Positions 29,731-38,771 of a stretch of 53,986 bases of DNA are shown here, piece by piece. Under the pieces are notes generated by a model. That model was not told the DNA's origin, did no database searches, and saw only the letters and a program-made list of their open reading frames with translations. A program made the translations under genes and the position numbers. The stretch is from NCBI GenBank assembly GCA_033763455.1, contig JANRKO010000005.1, forward strand, positions 1 through 53,986, written 5' to 3'. The stretch is from Polyangiaceae bacterium (GTDB taxonomy: Bacteria; Myxococcota_A; Polyangia; Polyangiales; Polyangiaceae). Numbering within the stretch: position 1 is the stretch's first letter; each line of letters begins with the position of its first letter.

Positions 29731-31103
29731 GCTAACACCTGTGTGGCTTGTTTTCCAAAGCGCCCTATGCTGGCCATTTCCACCCCAAAAACCTTTAGAA
29801 TCTCCAAAAAGAGGTCGCCGGTGGTACGCCCACTCAAGCCAGCTACATGCCGCCCTGTGGTTATCGCCCCCCCGCCTCGGCCCGCAACCAGCACTGGCAT
29901 ATTCGCGTTTCCGTGCAAGTTGGGATCGGAAACATCGCTCGAATAAAACAAAACGACGTTGTCGATAAGCTTACCCGAACCTTCGCTCGTGTTCTTTAGC
30001 TGTTCGAGCATGTAGGCAAGCTGTGCCACCTGCCAAGTGTCGATGAAGTCTTTAGCCTTCATCTTCACCGGATCATTCAAATGGTGAGAAGCGTCGTTGT
30101 GGTGGGCATAGGTGACTCCATTGACGGCGAACTTCATCGCGCTCAGGCCCTGGCCTAACATCATGGTGATGCTCCGTGTGGCGTCGCATTGAAACGCTTT
30201 CACCGAGAGATCTGCCATCAACCGGAGCGTCTTTTGCGGGTCGGTGGGAATGCCCATGGGCTTTACTCCCGGCGTACAGCCCACGGAAGGCGAGCTTTGG
30301 CTATCAATGCCCTTCTCAATTTGACGAATTCCGTCCAGGTATTCGTCCAGGCGCCTTTGATCCCCCAGGCCCACTTTCGTCTTCAAATCTGAAGCTCTCC
30401 CGCTCACATAATCGAGTACGCTTTTGCGCAAGTTAACGCGTCGAGCGGCAGCCGCGGAATCCACCGTCGACCCAGTATCCATCGCCCCAAAGAGCTTTTC
30501 GAAGACGAGCCTGGGATTATAGAGATTGGGCAGCATGCTCCCCTTGTTGAACGCCACCATGCAGTTGGCATCCGAGCAGTAGTCCGTGGCGTCATTGAAG
30601 CTTGAAGTAGGAGAATCCTTGTAGCCGTCGTTATTGGCATCCGTGGAGGGGTCGTAAAAGGTGTTTTGCTCGATGCTCAGCTGGAGCGAAGGGAAACGCG
30701 TGAGCGCTCCGAGCTTCTCTGCGATTATTTGATCGATAGACTGAGTTTGTCCGGCAATGGGCTCGTTGTGAGCAGTAAGAAAGGCACGTTGCCCGCCTTC
30801 GTGGCTTCCAACGTCCACCGAACCGTCACCGATGCTCAAACCACTCAACACGAGCAAATCTTGTTTGTAAGGTTCAAGCGGCGCTAACGTTGGGCCTAGC
30901 GCCGCAAGTGTTCCGGTTTGCGCAGGGGTCCAGTGCTCCATGAGTGCGCCACTCGTGTGGAACCACGCCATGAAGCGAACCGGGGCAAGTGGATCGGCCG
31001 CCCGGATCGGCTCCGCTCGAAAGGCCTCCAACCAAGGAAAAGCGATGAGCGCGCCAGCGGCTCGCAATGCGCCCCTTCGGGGGTACTTGATAGAAGCGGT
31101 CAT
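29727..31103 (-). CDS. DUF1552 Tat-exported protein, copy 3 (precedes its DUF1592 partner)
   Basis: PRRGALR.AG..IAFPWLE; SIDQ, RFPSLQL, AFQCDATR, AHHNDASHH, NLHGN. Confidence 0.9.
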   Translation of the reverse strand: MTASIKYPRRGALRAAGALIAFPWLEAFRAEPIRAADPLAPVRFMAWFHTSGALMEHWTPAQTGTLAALGPTLAPLEPYKQDLLVLSGLSIGDGSVDVGSHEGGQRAFLTAHNEPIAGQTQSIDQIIAEKLGALTRFPSLQLSIEQNTFYDPSTDANNDGYKDSPTSSFNDATDYCSDANCMVAFNKGSMLPNLYNPRLVFEKLFGAMDTGSTVDSAAAARRVNLRKSVLDYVSGRASDLKTKVGLGDQRRLDEYLDGIRQIEKGIDSQSSPSVGCTPGVKPMGIPTDPQKTLRLMADLSVKAFQCDATRSITMMLGQGLSAMKFAVNGVTYAHHNDASHHLNDPVKMKAKDFIDTWQVAQLAYMLEQLKNTSEGSGKLIDNVVLFYSSDVSDPNLHGNANMPVLVAGRGGGAITTGRHVAGLSGRTTGDLFLEILKVFGVEMASIGRFGKQATQVLA

Positions 31104-31354
31104 GTCGTAGGCGACTCCATTTTGTTAAGCACTCCCGTCGACGGGTTTCCCAGTCCAGTGTTCGTGGGGCTTGCACGAGCGGAAAATTCCAACAGAAGCC
31201 GTATCGACGGCCTCCCCACCTGAGCTATGGCCGAGGCCACGCGGGAGCGCTCAGAAAAATGCACCGCCTTTCGAGCTGCGAACCCGACATCCCTCGCGCA
31301 TCGAAACTTTCTTGGGCCGCCGGGGCCATGAGCCGCCATTGTAGAGTAAAGCCC

Positions 31355-32011
31355 ATGAGCCAACCGTTCTCCCTGAGCCGCGCCGAGCGCTCCCACCTAA
31401 AGGTGGTTCGCGCTGAGCAAGCCGCGCGAGTTAGCGAGGAACAGTTGTGGCAGGGCCTGTTGGCGCAGGATCCGCAGAGCCAGCGTGAAGTTTGGTTGCG
31501 CTACGCCCCGCTCGTCGAGCGCGTCGTGCGGGGCCTTACCAGCGATAGCGCAGACGTGGCCGATCTCAGCCAGGAGGTGTTCATACGCCTGTTTCGCAAA
31601 ATCGGCCAGTTGAGCGACGCCACCAAGCTGCGCGCTTATGTGGTGGGGATTTGCTACCGCGTGGCGAGCGAGCATCGGCGCTTCCTACGAGCGCGGGCTT
31701 GGTTCGGCCTTACCGCGTCAGGTGAGCTGCCTGAGCCTCCTCTGAACTTAGCATCTGATCACGCAGTGCAGGCCGTACAGCTTCTTCGCTCCATCGTCGC
31801 GCAGCTCTCTCGTCGAGACCAAGATCTCTTCCTTTTGCGTTATGTAGAGCAGATGGAGCTTGAGGAAATAGCGCTGGCGGTGAAAAGCTCCCTTTCCTCC
31901 GTTCGACGCCACGTGCAACGAGCGCGAACGCGTCTTCTTGCGCTCGCTCGGAGTGAGCCTGAGCTGATGTCTTATCTCGCGCTTGGAGGGGTTGCTCATG
32001 GCCCAGAATGA
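31355..32011 (+). CDS. ECF sigma factor (ECF-2)
   Basis: DVADLSQEVFIRLF, LRAYVVGI, MELEEIA.....SLSSVRRH. Likely start 31355. Confidence 0.9.
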   Translation: MSQPFSLSRAERSHLKVVRAEQAARVSEEQLWQGLLAQDPQSQREVWLRYAPLVERVVRGLTSDSADVADLSQEVFIRLFRKIGQLSDATKLRAYVVGICYRVASEHRRFLRARAWFGLTASGELPEPPLNLASDHAVQAVQLLRSIVAQLSRRDQDLFLLRYVEQMELEEIALAVKSSLSSVRRHVQRARTRLLALARSEPELMSYLALGGVAHGPE

Positions 32012-33266
32012 ACCCAGGCTAAACGAGGAAGAGCTTGCCTTTCGTTTGGGTGAATTGGCAAAAATGGAGAGTTCGAGCCCTCATCCGGCAGAGTGGCAAA
32101 AGCTCGAACGTCGTCTCCGAGCGGCCCCACAGCGTCGGCGCGTTTGGCTTGGCGGGGCGGCTCTTGGCTTGGGGTTCGCCGTAGCGGCCGCGGTTGCGTT
32201 TGTCAGCTGGCCGGAAGCGGCTGTCACTTATCGACAGACCGGTGGCGTCACGAGCGAGCGCGGCTTTGTGAGCGCTAAGGACCGACCCACCACGTTCACG
32301 TTTTCGGAGGAGTCGCAGTTTACGCTTCTTCCGGGATCTACGGCACGCGTTTCACAGACCAGCCCGCACGGAGCACGCATCACCCTTGAGGTGGGCGAAC
32401 TAGAAGCTAATGTAAACCACTTACCGCACGCGGCATGGTCGGTGGACGCCGGCCCCTATGTTGTGCAGGTAACCGGGACGCGCTTTTCAGTAGCTTGGAG
32501 TGCGCTTTCAGGAGAATTGGAGGTCACGGTAACTGAGGGTTCGGTGAACGTGACTGGCCCCGAGCTCCAGCCGGGGATAGCGGTAACGAAAGGGCGCTTT
32601 CTCCGCGCGCTGTCTGGGGGGAGCGTTCAGTTAGGTGAAACGCGGGAGCGGTTAGCCGGCAAGCCAAGAGACGTTGCGCGCCAAGCAGCAAGCGAAAATG
32701 GTGCGACTGATGCACCCGCCGTCAGCACTCCTGCACTAGAGAATGGCCTCACCGAGGGCAAGGCCGAAAGCCCCAGCCCGACAGGTAAGGCACAGCCTCG
32801 CGCGAGCTTCGATTTCCGGGCTCGCATGGCTAAAGGTGAATATCGCGAGCTCATTGAAGACGCACAGCGTTTGGGCACCGAAGAAGTGCTCGGAAAGACA
32901 TCCAGCGAAGGGGTCGCAGCTTTGGCCGATGCCGCGCGCTATGTGGGAGCAGCGGCGCTCGCTGAACAAGCTCTTTTAACTCAGCGCCGTCGCTTCTCAG
33001 GCTCTGCGGAGGCCGCGCAGGCTACCTTTCTTCTGGGCAGGCTTGCAGAAGATGCTGGTAAACCTTCAGTAGCTATTCGTTGGTACGAGACCTACGCCGA
33101 GGAGGCTCCGCGTGGCCGTTACTTGAGTAGCGCTCTCGGCCGGCGACTGATCCTGATCAACAGTTCCGACCCACTGCGCGCCAAGAAGCTTGCCACGGAC
33201 TACCTGGTGCGGTTCCCTAAAGGAATGTTCGCGGGCGAGGCGGCGCGTATTGTGCGCGGGCTATGA
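31998..33266 (+). CDS. FecR-domain anti-sigma factor with C-terminal TPR
   Basis: SD GGAGGGG before ATG 31998; TM helix; AGPYVVQVTGTRFSV...VTEGSVNV; TPR tail YLVRFPKG. Confidence 0.88.
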   Translation: MAQNEPRLNEEELAFRLGELAKMESSSPHPAEWQKLERRLRAAPQRRRVWLGGAALGLGFAVAAAVAFVSWPEAAVTYRQTGGVTSERGFVSAKDRPTTFTFSEESQFTLLPGSTARVSQTSPHGARITLEVGELEANVNHLPHAAWSVDAGPYVVQVTGTRFSVAWSALSGELEVTVTEGSVNVTGPELQPGIAVTKGRFLRALSGGSVQLGETRERLAGKPRDVARQAASENGATDAPAVSTPALENGLTEGKAESPSPTGKAQPRASFDFRARMAKGEYRELIEDAQRLGTEEVLGKTSSEGVAALADAARYVGAAALAEQALLTQRRRFSGSAEAAQATFLLGRLAEDAGKPSVAIRWYETYAEEAPRGRYLSSALGRRLILINSSDPLRAKKLATDYLVRFPKGMFAGEAARIVRGL

Positions 33267-33270
33267 GCCA

Positions 33271-34434
33271 TCACCTCAGAATGGTGGGGCACCCAGTGAC
33301 GAGGTCAACCTGGCCGGAAGGATCTGCCGCGATCATTTTGCAGGCATTGGGGCAGAGCAGGATGCGCTCCGGTGAGGCGGGGACATCGTAGTACCAGCTC
33401 GATGAAGAATCGTCGCATTTCGCTGCGCTGGAAACGCTGGTGAAGGTGATCCCTTCCTTCGAACCTCCGGCCTGATAGAGCACATTGAGGCGTGCCGTGT
33501 CGGTGCCCGCGGGCACCTTATAGTCACAAGGTAACACCTCACCGCGAATTGCCTGTAAGGCGGCAGCGAACTCCGCTTGCGTATTCTGTCCGCTTCCATC
33601 CACAACAAATGGACCTCGGCCGGTGCCGCCCGCTACTGCCAGCTCGTTGAGGCTGTCTGGAACGCCGATGCCAATCACGTACGTCATTATTCTCGGCATA
33701 CCCGCATTGGCAGCGGCGATGGCAGCTGCAACATCTGCGACCGAATTGTCGTTGCACACATCGGTTGGTTGGCCATCGGTGGCGAGCAGGAGGACCCCCA
33801 CGTGATCCGGGCGCGGCTCCAGCCAGCGGCGCAAGTAATCCACGCTACCCTCAACGGCCGGACGGGTTGGGGTCTTGGAATGTGTCTCGTCGTTGCAGCA
33901 TTCAGCCTGGGTAAAATGGTGCGCAATGATTGAATTTCGAAGCGGGGCGAGGTTAGCCGGCAACGGAGCGAGCAGAACATCGGGACTGGCGTAGCGGGAT
34001 ATCTGACACTTCTCCGAATCGTTGGCACCCAAGGGGAAGTACTGGAGCGCAACCCCTATCCCAGCGCTTTGAGGGGATTCGATAAAATCGAGGATGGCGC
34101 GCGTCACCGGCGTCCAGCGGTCGGCGAATTCTGTCATCGACCCCGACTGATCGAGCAGAATCATCATGTCGAGCGGGCGCCTTTCTGCACGGAATTGGGC
34201 TTGGGAGCAGTTGGGCCCTAGACCCTCGGCTGCGGTACCGACGTCCACATTGATGGATGGGCCGTTGGTACCCCCGAGCCCATTAGAGCTGTTGGCGGCG
34301 GACCCCGAACCCTGACTGATAGCGGACGAGCCACCGCCGTTCGAACGGGGAACGGCCAGCAGTTGCTGATCGCTCGAGCAAGCGACGCACAGGAGGAGGT
34401 TTAAGTAGCCGAGGATGGACAAATGGAGCTGCAC
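33271..34434 (-). CDS. Myxobacterial vWA-domain lipoprotein
   Basis: Likely GTG start at 34434, placed by the promoter motif; lipobox LCVAC; MIDAS DQSGSM, TPT, ATDG; Cys-rich C-terminus (CDY...WYYD...LCPNAC). Confidence 0.85.
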   Translation of the reverse strand: MQLHLSILGYLNLLLCVACSSDQQLLAVPRSNGGGSSAISQGSGSAANSSNGLGGTNGPSINVDVGTAAEGLGPNCSQAQFRAERRPLDMMILLDQSGSMTEFADRWTPVTRAILDFIESPQSAGIGVALQYFPLGANDSEKCQISRYASPDVLLAPLPANLAPLRNSIIAHHFTQAECCNDETHSKTPTRPAVEGSVDYLRRWLEPRPDHVGVLLLATDGQPTDVCNDNSVADVAAAIAAANAGMPRIMTYVIGIGVPDSLNELAVAGGTGRGPFVVDGSGQNTQAEFAAALQAIRGEVLPCDYKVPAGTDTARLNVLYQAGGSKEGITFTSVSSAAKCDDSSSSWYYDVPASPERILLCPNACKMIAADPSGQVDLVTGCPTILR

Positions 34435-34442
34435 CCTCACTA

Positions 34443-34475
34443 AGTAGCCATCCGTCTCAAATCCGATCACCGCGG
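34443..34475 (-). promoter_or_regulatory. Putative ECF-3 promoter CCGCGGTGATCGG-N15-CTACT (vWA gene)
   Basis: Identical boxes and spacing to 38443-38475. Confidence 0.75.
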
Positions 34476-35564
34476 TGCCCCTGGAGTCATCCAAAAGATC
34501 CCGAGCGAGATCCCGGGACGAACTGGCCACGCACGGACGTAGTGCTCAGAACCATCCCCGCGTTGGACACCGAAACGAATATCCGCCGGAAAGGCGTCCA
34601 CGATGAGACCGAAACGCAATTTCAGCTGCTGTGTCAATTCTTGGTCCAACAGCAGGCCCGCGCGCAACACCGGATACAAGAGCGTGCGCTCGCGAGTGGC
34701 TAGCAACGTCGACGCCCGGGTTGACGGGGAAAGGTGAAGAACATCGACGCCGCCGCCAAGAAATGGGACTAAGCGCGTTCCTCCCCATGCACGCAAAGGG
34801 CGATCGAGGAGAAGGCGCGGCGCGAATACGTTCTGCTGGGCCTCCGTTTCATCCAATTTCAGGCGCAGCGAGCGATAGGTCAGCTGTAGCTCCACTCCGA
34901 GGCGCGCGCCCGTGATGTTGGACAGCAGAAGCTCGGCTCCCACCGCGTGAGATAGGGAATCGCTGGTAAAAGTCTGGAGCTCGTACTGTGCGCCGACTCC
35001 AAGCTCCAGCGCTTCGGAGCGCGCAGGCGCCCGTCGTTTGGGTATGGGCTGTGGGGAAAGCGGCGGCTTAACGGGGAGCGCAGGACCTGAAAGCTGGCGA
35101 CGTGCCTGCTCGCGGGAGATGCCAATGCGAGCACCTTCTTGAAGCGCTTGCACGGAAGCGCGCAGGATTTGACTTACTCGTTCGTGATCGATGGCAGGAT
35201 TGTTGGGCTCACGGGTCAAGAGGCGCACCAACACGCGCTCCCATGGCCCATCCACGACATACAAGATCACGCGCCCCTGCAAAAGATCTATCCAGATCCG
35301 CGCAAGGGCGGGCTCCCTCGCTGTTGGTGCCAAGATCGCGTTTGCATCCACCGCATCCGCTCGCTGTACGTTGACTCGGAGACCCAAATGACTGAGTGCT
35401 TCCCGAACCGCGAGGTCCAACGCCTCGCGTTCTGCCTCTGGGGCGGCAAACGTGATCACGACCTGCTGAGACTCGGCGCCCTCTGCTTTAGGGCTCACTA
35501 CGATTGGAAGCAGCGCGATGAGAACCAACCACAAGAATCTGCGTGCCGCACGAAAGGGGCGCAT
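34467..35564 (-). CDS. Exported protein with an N-terminal alpha/beta domain and a C-terminal beta-barrel-like domain; ECF-3 operon accessory
   Basis: Signal peptide; Pro-rich linker; alternating strands ending VRPGISLGIFW. Confidence 0.7.
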   Translation of the reverse strand: MRPFRAARRFLWLVLIALLPIVVSPKAEGAESQQVVITFAAPEAEREALDLAVREALSHLGLRVNVQRADAVDANAILAPTAREPALARIWIDLLQGRVILYVVDGPWERVLVRLLTREPNNPAIDHERVSQILRASVQALQEGARIGISREQARRQLSGPALPVKPPLSPQPIPKRRAPARSEALELGVGAQYELQTFTSDSLSHAVGAELLLSNITGARLGVELQLTYRSLRLKLDETEAQQNVFAPRLLLDRPLRAWGGTRLVPFLGGGVDVLHLSPSTRASTLLATRERTLLYPVLRAGLLLDQELTQQLKLRFGLIVDAFPADIRFGVQRGDGSEHYVRAWPVRPGISLGIFWMTPGAPR

Positions 35565-35583
35565 AGGGCCGAGCAGCGGACGT

Positions 35584-36525
35584 TTACGGATCCGACTCGA
35601 CCTTCAGCCTAGCTTGCTTTGCATACGTGGATCCAGGATAGCGACGCAAAACTTGGCGCCAGGCACCTCGTGCCTCTGCCGGACGACCGAGTCGGTCGAG
35701 CGCCAACGCCTGCCCGACAAGCGCCTCCTGTTCCAGGGGACCCCCACTTTTTAGGTACGCCTCAAACTGCAGGAGCGCACCACCGGGATCGTTGGTGTGT
35801 TCCATTAGGAGACGAGCGAGGCTGAGCCTCGATGCACCCGCCTCGGGACTGCTTGGATGCTGACGCTGTAGCTGCCGAAAAACCCGCACGGCCCGAGATG
35901 CCTCACCCGCCCTGCGCAAAGCTGTGGCCTGCGCGAAGAGTTCTGCAGGTGAAAGATTACCTGAGAGCTGCGTGCCCCGTCCCCCTTCTTTGGTGGCGCT
36001 CGGCTCAGGCTTCTCGGGGGGCCTGTTTCTCACCTGAACGACAGACTCTACCGAGGGCGCTGTCTCCGAATCCCCATTCGGATCTCGCACCGCTTCCCTG
36101 GGCCTGGCTTCGATAGAAGGAGCTAGCTTCGCGTCGGCGCCCGCCGTCTCCACCCCGTCGCTTGAAACGAACTGCAACACTAAACCTAGCGCTGCCGCGG
36201 CGGCCGCCATTAACGACACACCAATTCCAAGCATAATCGGCGAGAATCTGCGGTGCTTAGTCCGGAGGTGTTTCGCGTCTCCGATTCGATGGACCCCGCC
36301 CTGACTCAATTGGAGTGTGGCTCGTTCGATCGCTCGCTCGATGAGCTCGCCATCGCCAGTCAAAACCTCCGGTTCCGCGTTCAATGCCGCGTGGAGGTCG
36401 AGTTCGAGACGGCAGGCGTGGCATTCTTGGAGGTGCAACTGGGGCTCCGCGTCGCTCTTGGATAGCGAAACACCTCGCACTACATGGTCGATGAGATGTT
36501 CAGGGTGAAAGTCGACCGATCTCAT
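35584..36525 (-). CDS. Anti-sigma factor with a zinc-binding HxxxCxxC (ZAS-like) N-terminus, TM helix and TPR C-terminus
   Basis: LHLQECHAC; TM segment; AELFAQA..LRRAG, EALVGQALAL..LGR, YPGSTYA. ATGA overlap with the sigma gene. Confidence 0.85.
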   Translation of the reverse strand: MRSVDFHPEHLIDHVVRGVSLSKSDAEPQLHLQECHACRLELDLHAALNAEPEVLTGDGELIERAIERATLQLSQGGVHRIGDAKHLRTKHRRFSPIMLGIGVSLMAAAAAALGLVLQFVSSDGVETAGADAKLAPSIEARPREAVRDPNGDSETAPSVESVVQVRNRPPEKPEPSATKEGGRGTQLSGNLSPAELFAQATALRRAGEASRAVRVFRQLQRQHPSSPEAGASRLSLARLLMEHTNDPGGALLQFEAYLKSGGPLEQEALVGQALALDRLGRPAEARGAWRQVLRRYPGSTYAKQARLKVESDP

Positions 36526-37238
36526 GAGTCCTCCGGCGAAAGCTCGCGCCAGTAAGCGCTCTGCCCGATACGCGCAATCAATGCCTGCTTCGCCAAGCGC
36601 AACCGACTCCGGACAGTGTTTGCTGGCGTTGCCGTCGCGTCCGCGATCATCTCGACGGAATAGTCCAGCACGTGACGCAGGGCGAAGGCCTCGGACTGAG
36701 CGGGAGGCAGAGTCGTGAACAGCTCACGCAAAAGTTCTTGGCGGCGGCTATCCAATGTGTCGCCTGGGTGCATGACGCGGGACGCGATCTGATCCGGGTC
36801 CATCGCACTTTCGCCATGTGCTCGTTTGCTGGCACGTTGACGCTTGCGTTCCTCGAGGACGCGAAAGAGCGCGATGCGCTGCGCAAAATGTTCAATTCGG
36901 CACTGTCCTCGAAAGGACGGCAGCGCTTTTATGACCGCAACGAGTGCCTCCTGCATCATGTCCTCCACGTCTGGGTGTTGTGCCCCGAGCGTCCTCCGAA
37001 CTGTCCGCAAGACGCCGGGGCCGAGCTGTGTCAGCAGTTGCCGAATGGCTTGCGATTCACCACTCCGAGCTCTCTGCACTAATAGCTCCGATGTCATCAC
37101 CTCACTGAGGACGTTCGCGGATGTCGTGGCTACTAGCTGCGTGGGTGGGACCAAAGCATTCTGCTGCCCCAAAACCTGCAACGGGAGCGCATGAGGATGC
37201 CTCACGCCGCCACCGAAGCTTAGCTCGGGCTCAGTCAT
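36522..37238 (-). CDS. ECF sigma factor (ECF-3)
   Basis: DVEDMMQEALVAV..ALPSFRG.C, NTVRSRLRLAK. ATG at 37238 overlaps the PL7 stop (ATGACTGA); the true start may lie further downstream. Confidence 0.9.
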   Translation of the reverse strand: MTEPELSFGGGVRHPHALPLQVLGQQNALVPPTQLVATTSANVLSEVMTSELLVQRARSGESQAIRQLLTQLGPGVLRTVRRTLGAQHPDVEDMMQEALVAVIKALPSFRGQCRIEHFAQRIALFRVLEERKRQRASKRAHGESAMDPDQIASRVMHPGDTLDSRRQELLRELFTTLPPAQSEAFALRHVLDYSVEMIADATATPANTVRSRLRLAKQALIARIGQSAYWRELSPEDS

Positions 37239-38433
37239 GTGTGTTTTTGATCGCAAAGAAGGTAACCTGCGCAAAATCCGTGTCCGAACCGGTGTTGTTT
37301 TGATTGTAGGCGCCCGCCTTGAAGTACATCCAGTCGTCCGCGAGCCCGCCGTCCGTCATGTCTTTGGTTGCTACCACATCGGCGTAGCCGGAGCGCTGAA
37401 TTGTTACTGTGAGAGTGTTCCCATGGGCGTCGATCACATAGCTCCAGGCCTCATTTAACCCTATTCCGTCGGCTGGGTCATTCGCGCTGTCGCTGCGGCT
37501 ACCAAGCAGCTCAATGAACTGCTCACCTCCGATATTCGGCTCATAGGCAAAGTACACGGCCCCGCGCACATTGCCAGGCAGCTTGCGATAGTAGAGCCGG
37601 CAGGGCTCGTTGTTGGAGGCATGGATCTGTCCCACGATCACGCGCCCAACTTTGTTCGCGTCGCCGCTCGTCGATACGTGGTCTACCCGAAGTGTAGCGG
37701 TGAGCGTTCCATCCACGCCACCCGCCGCATTCTGGCTTGCGACGCTGGAGCTCGAAAAGACCCAGTTATTGAGTGTAATTCCCTGTGTTGCGACGCTTTC
37801 GTTGCCTGCCCGGAGCATTTCGCGGAGCTCGCTGCGCGAGTAGCTACTTCCGCTCGTGGTGCCGCCGATGTTCGGAACCCGAAAGACCATGCCACCACTG
37901 ATAGGATCGGTGAAGAACACTCCAGGTTCTTGGCCACCGCTAGCGAGCCAAGCCTCACTCCGCTCGGATCCATCAGGCACGGTGAGCTTCCAACTGCGAA
38001 GGTCGAAGTTGATCGCCGGAGGCGCATTGGGATCGAGCCTACCGATTGCCCCAGCATTACCCCCTTGCGTAAGAGCGCCGCCGCCCAATCCCTGACTTCC
38101 GCCCAATCCCGGACTTCCACCCGATCCCTGAACGCCACCCGATCCCGGACTTCCACCCGATCCCTGAACGCCACCCAATCCCTGAACGCCACCCAATCCC
38201 TGAACGCCACCCAATCCCTGAACGCCACCCAATCCCTGAACGCCACTCGATCCAGGCGTTCCGCCCATCCCGTAGACGCTGCCCGAGGCTGTTCCCCCCG
38301 AATTCACGACACCGGTTCGGGGACCCACGTCGCTACAGCCGGCAATCAGTGCAGAAAGGCAGCAAAGAGACGAGCAAAGAGACGAGCAAAACACTCGCAG
38401 GGCTATCCCGTGCAGGATGGGAGTAGGAGTCAT
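37231..38433 (-). CDS. Polysaccharide lyase family 7 (alginate lyase) lipoprotein
   Basis: Lipobox LIAGC; PL7 motifs FDL..WKLT.P, YSRSELREM, GQIH and YFKAGAYNQ. Confidence 0.93.
   Translation of the reverse strand: MTPTPILHGIALRVFCSSLCSSLCCLSALIAGCSDVGPRTGVVNSGGTASGSVYGMGGTPGSSGVQGLGGVQGLGGVQGLGGVQGLGGVQGSGGSPGSGGVQGSGGSPGLGGSQGLGGGALTQGGNAGAIGRLDPNAPPAINFDLRSWKLTVPDGSERSEAWLASGGQEPGVFFTDPISGGMVFRVPNIGGTTSGSSYSRSELREMLRAGNESVATQGITLNNWVFSSSSVASQNAAGGVDGTLTATLRVDHVSTSGDANKVGRVIVGQIHASNNEPCRLYYRKLPGNVRGAVYFAYEPNIGGEQFIELLGSRSDSANDPADGIGLNEAWSYVIDAHGNTLTVTIQRSGYADVVATKDMTDGGLADDWMYFKAGAYNQNNTGSDTDFAQVTFFAIKNTHD
38081..38270 (-). repeat. Coding 18-bp tandem repeat (~10 units, GG[VS][QP]G[LS]) in the PL7 linker
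   Basis: ccacccaatccctgaacg-type units read directly. Confidence 0.9.
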
Positions 38434-38442
38434 CGTTGGTAG

Positions 38443-38475
38443 AGTAGGAAACGAGGGCGTCGCCGATCACCGCGG
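38443..38475 (-). promoter_or_regulatory. Putative ECF-3 promoter CCGCGGTGATCGG-N15-CTACT (PL7-sigma operon)
   Basis: Ends 9 nt before the PL7 ATG; identical boxes and spacing to 34443-34475. Confidence 0.75.
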
Positions 38476-38771
38476 ACCACGACGAAATGCACCCGCGAAT
38501 AAACCATCAAGCCACGTAGCGGCGTCACGTAGCGGCGTCCCGAGTGGCGGGGGCCGCACCCTACGGCAACCAAATGTAAATGTGCGCTGCGTGTGCCCCC
38601 GCATGGCCCCCTCCATCAGCGCTCGCTTATGCGGAGATGCAGCTCCAATTGCATCAGCGGCGGCCGTGCTAGAAGCGGAAAGGTGTGCTCCCTTTTTGCG
38701 CGAACCTGGCGGGCACTTCGTGGGAGCGGGCACGCGGTTGGCTTTGATATCGAATCGAGTGTGCTGAGCGT

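Noticed and set aside
31104..31354. Shared promoter motif for ECF-2
   Set aside because: Only a single GAAC-N16-CGTC candidate upstream of DUF1552 copy 3; no second copy to support it.
38081..38270. 18-bp repeats as a CRISPR or non-coding array; alternative-frame ORF MAFRDWVAFRDWV
   Set aside because: The repeats encode the Gly-rich PL7 linker; the other frames are shadows.
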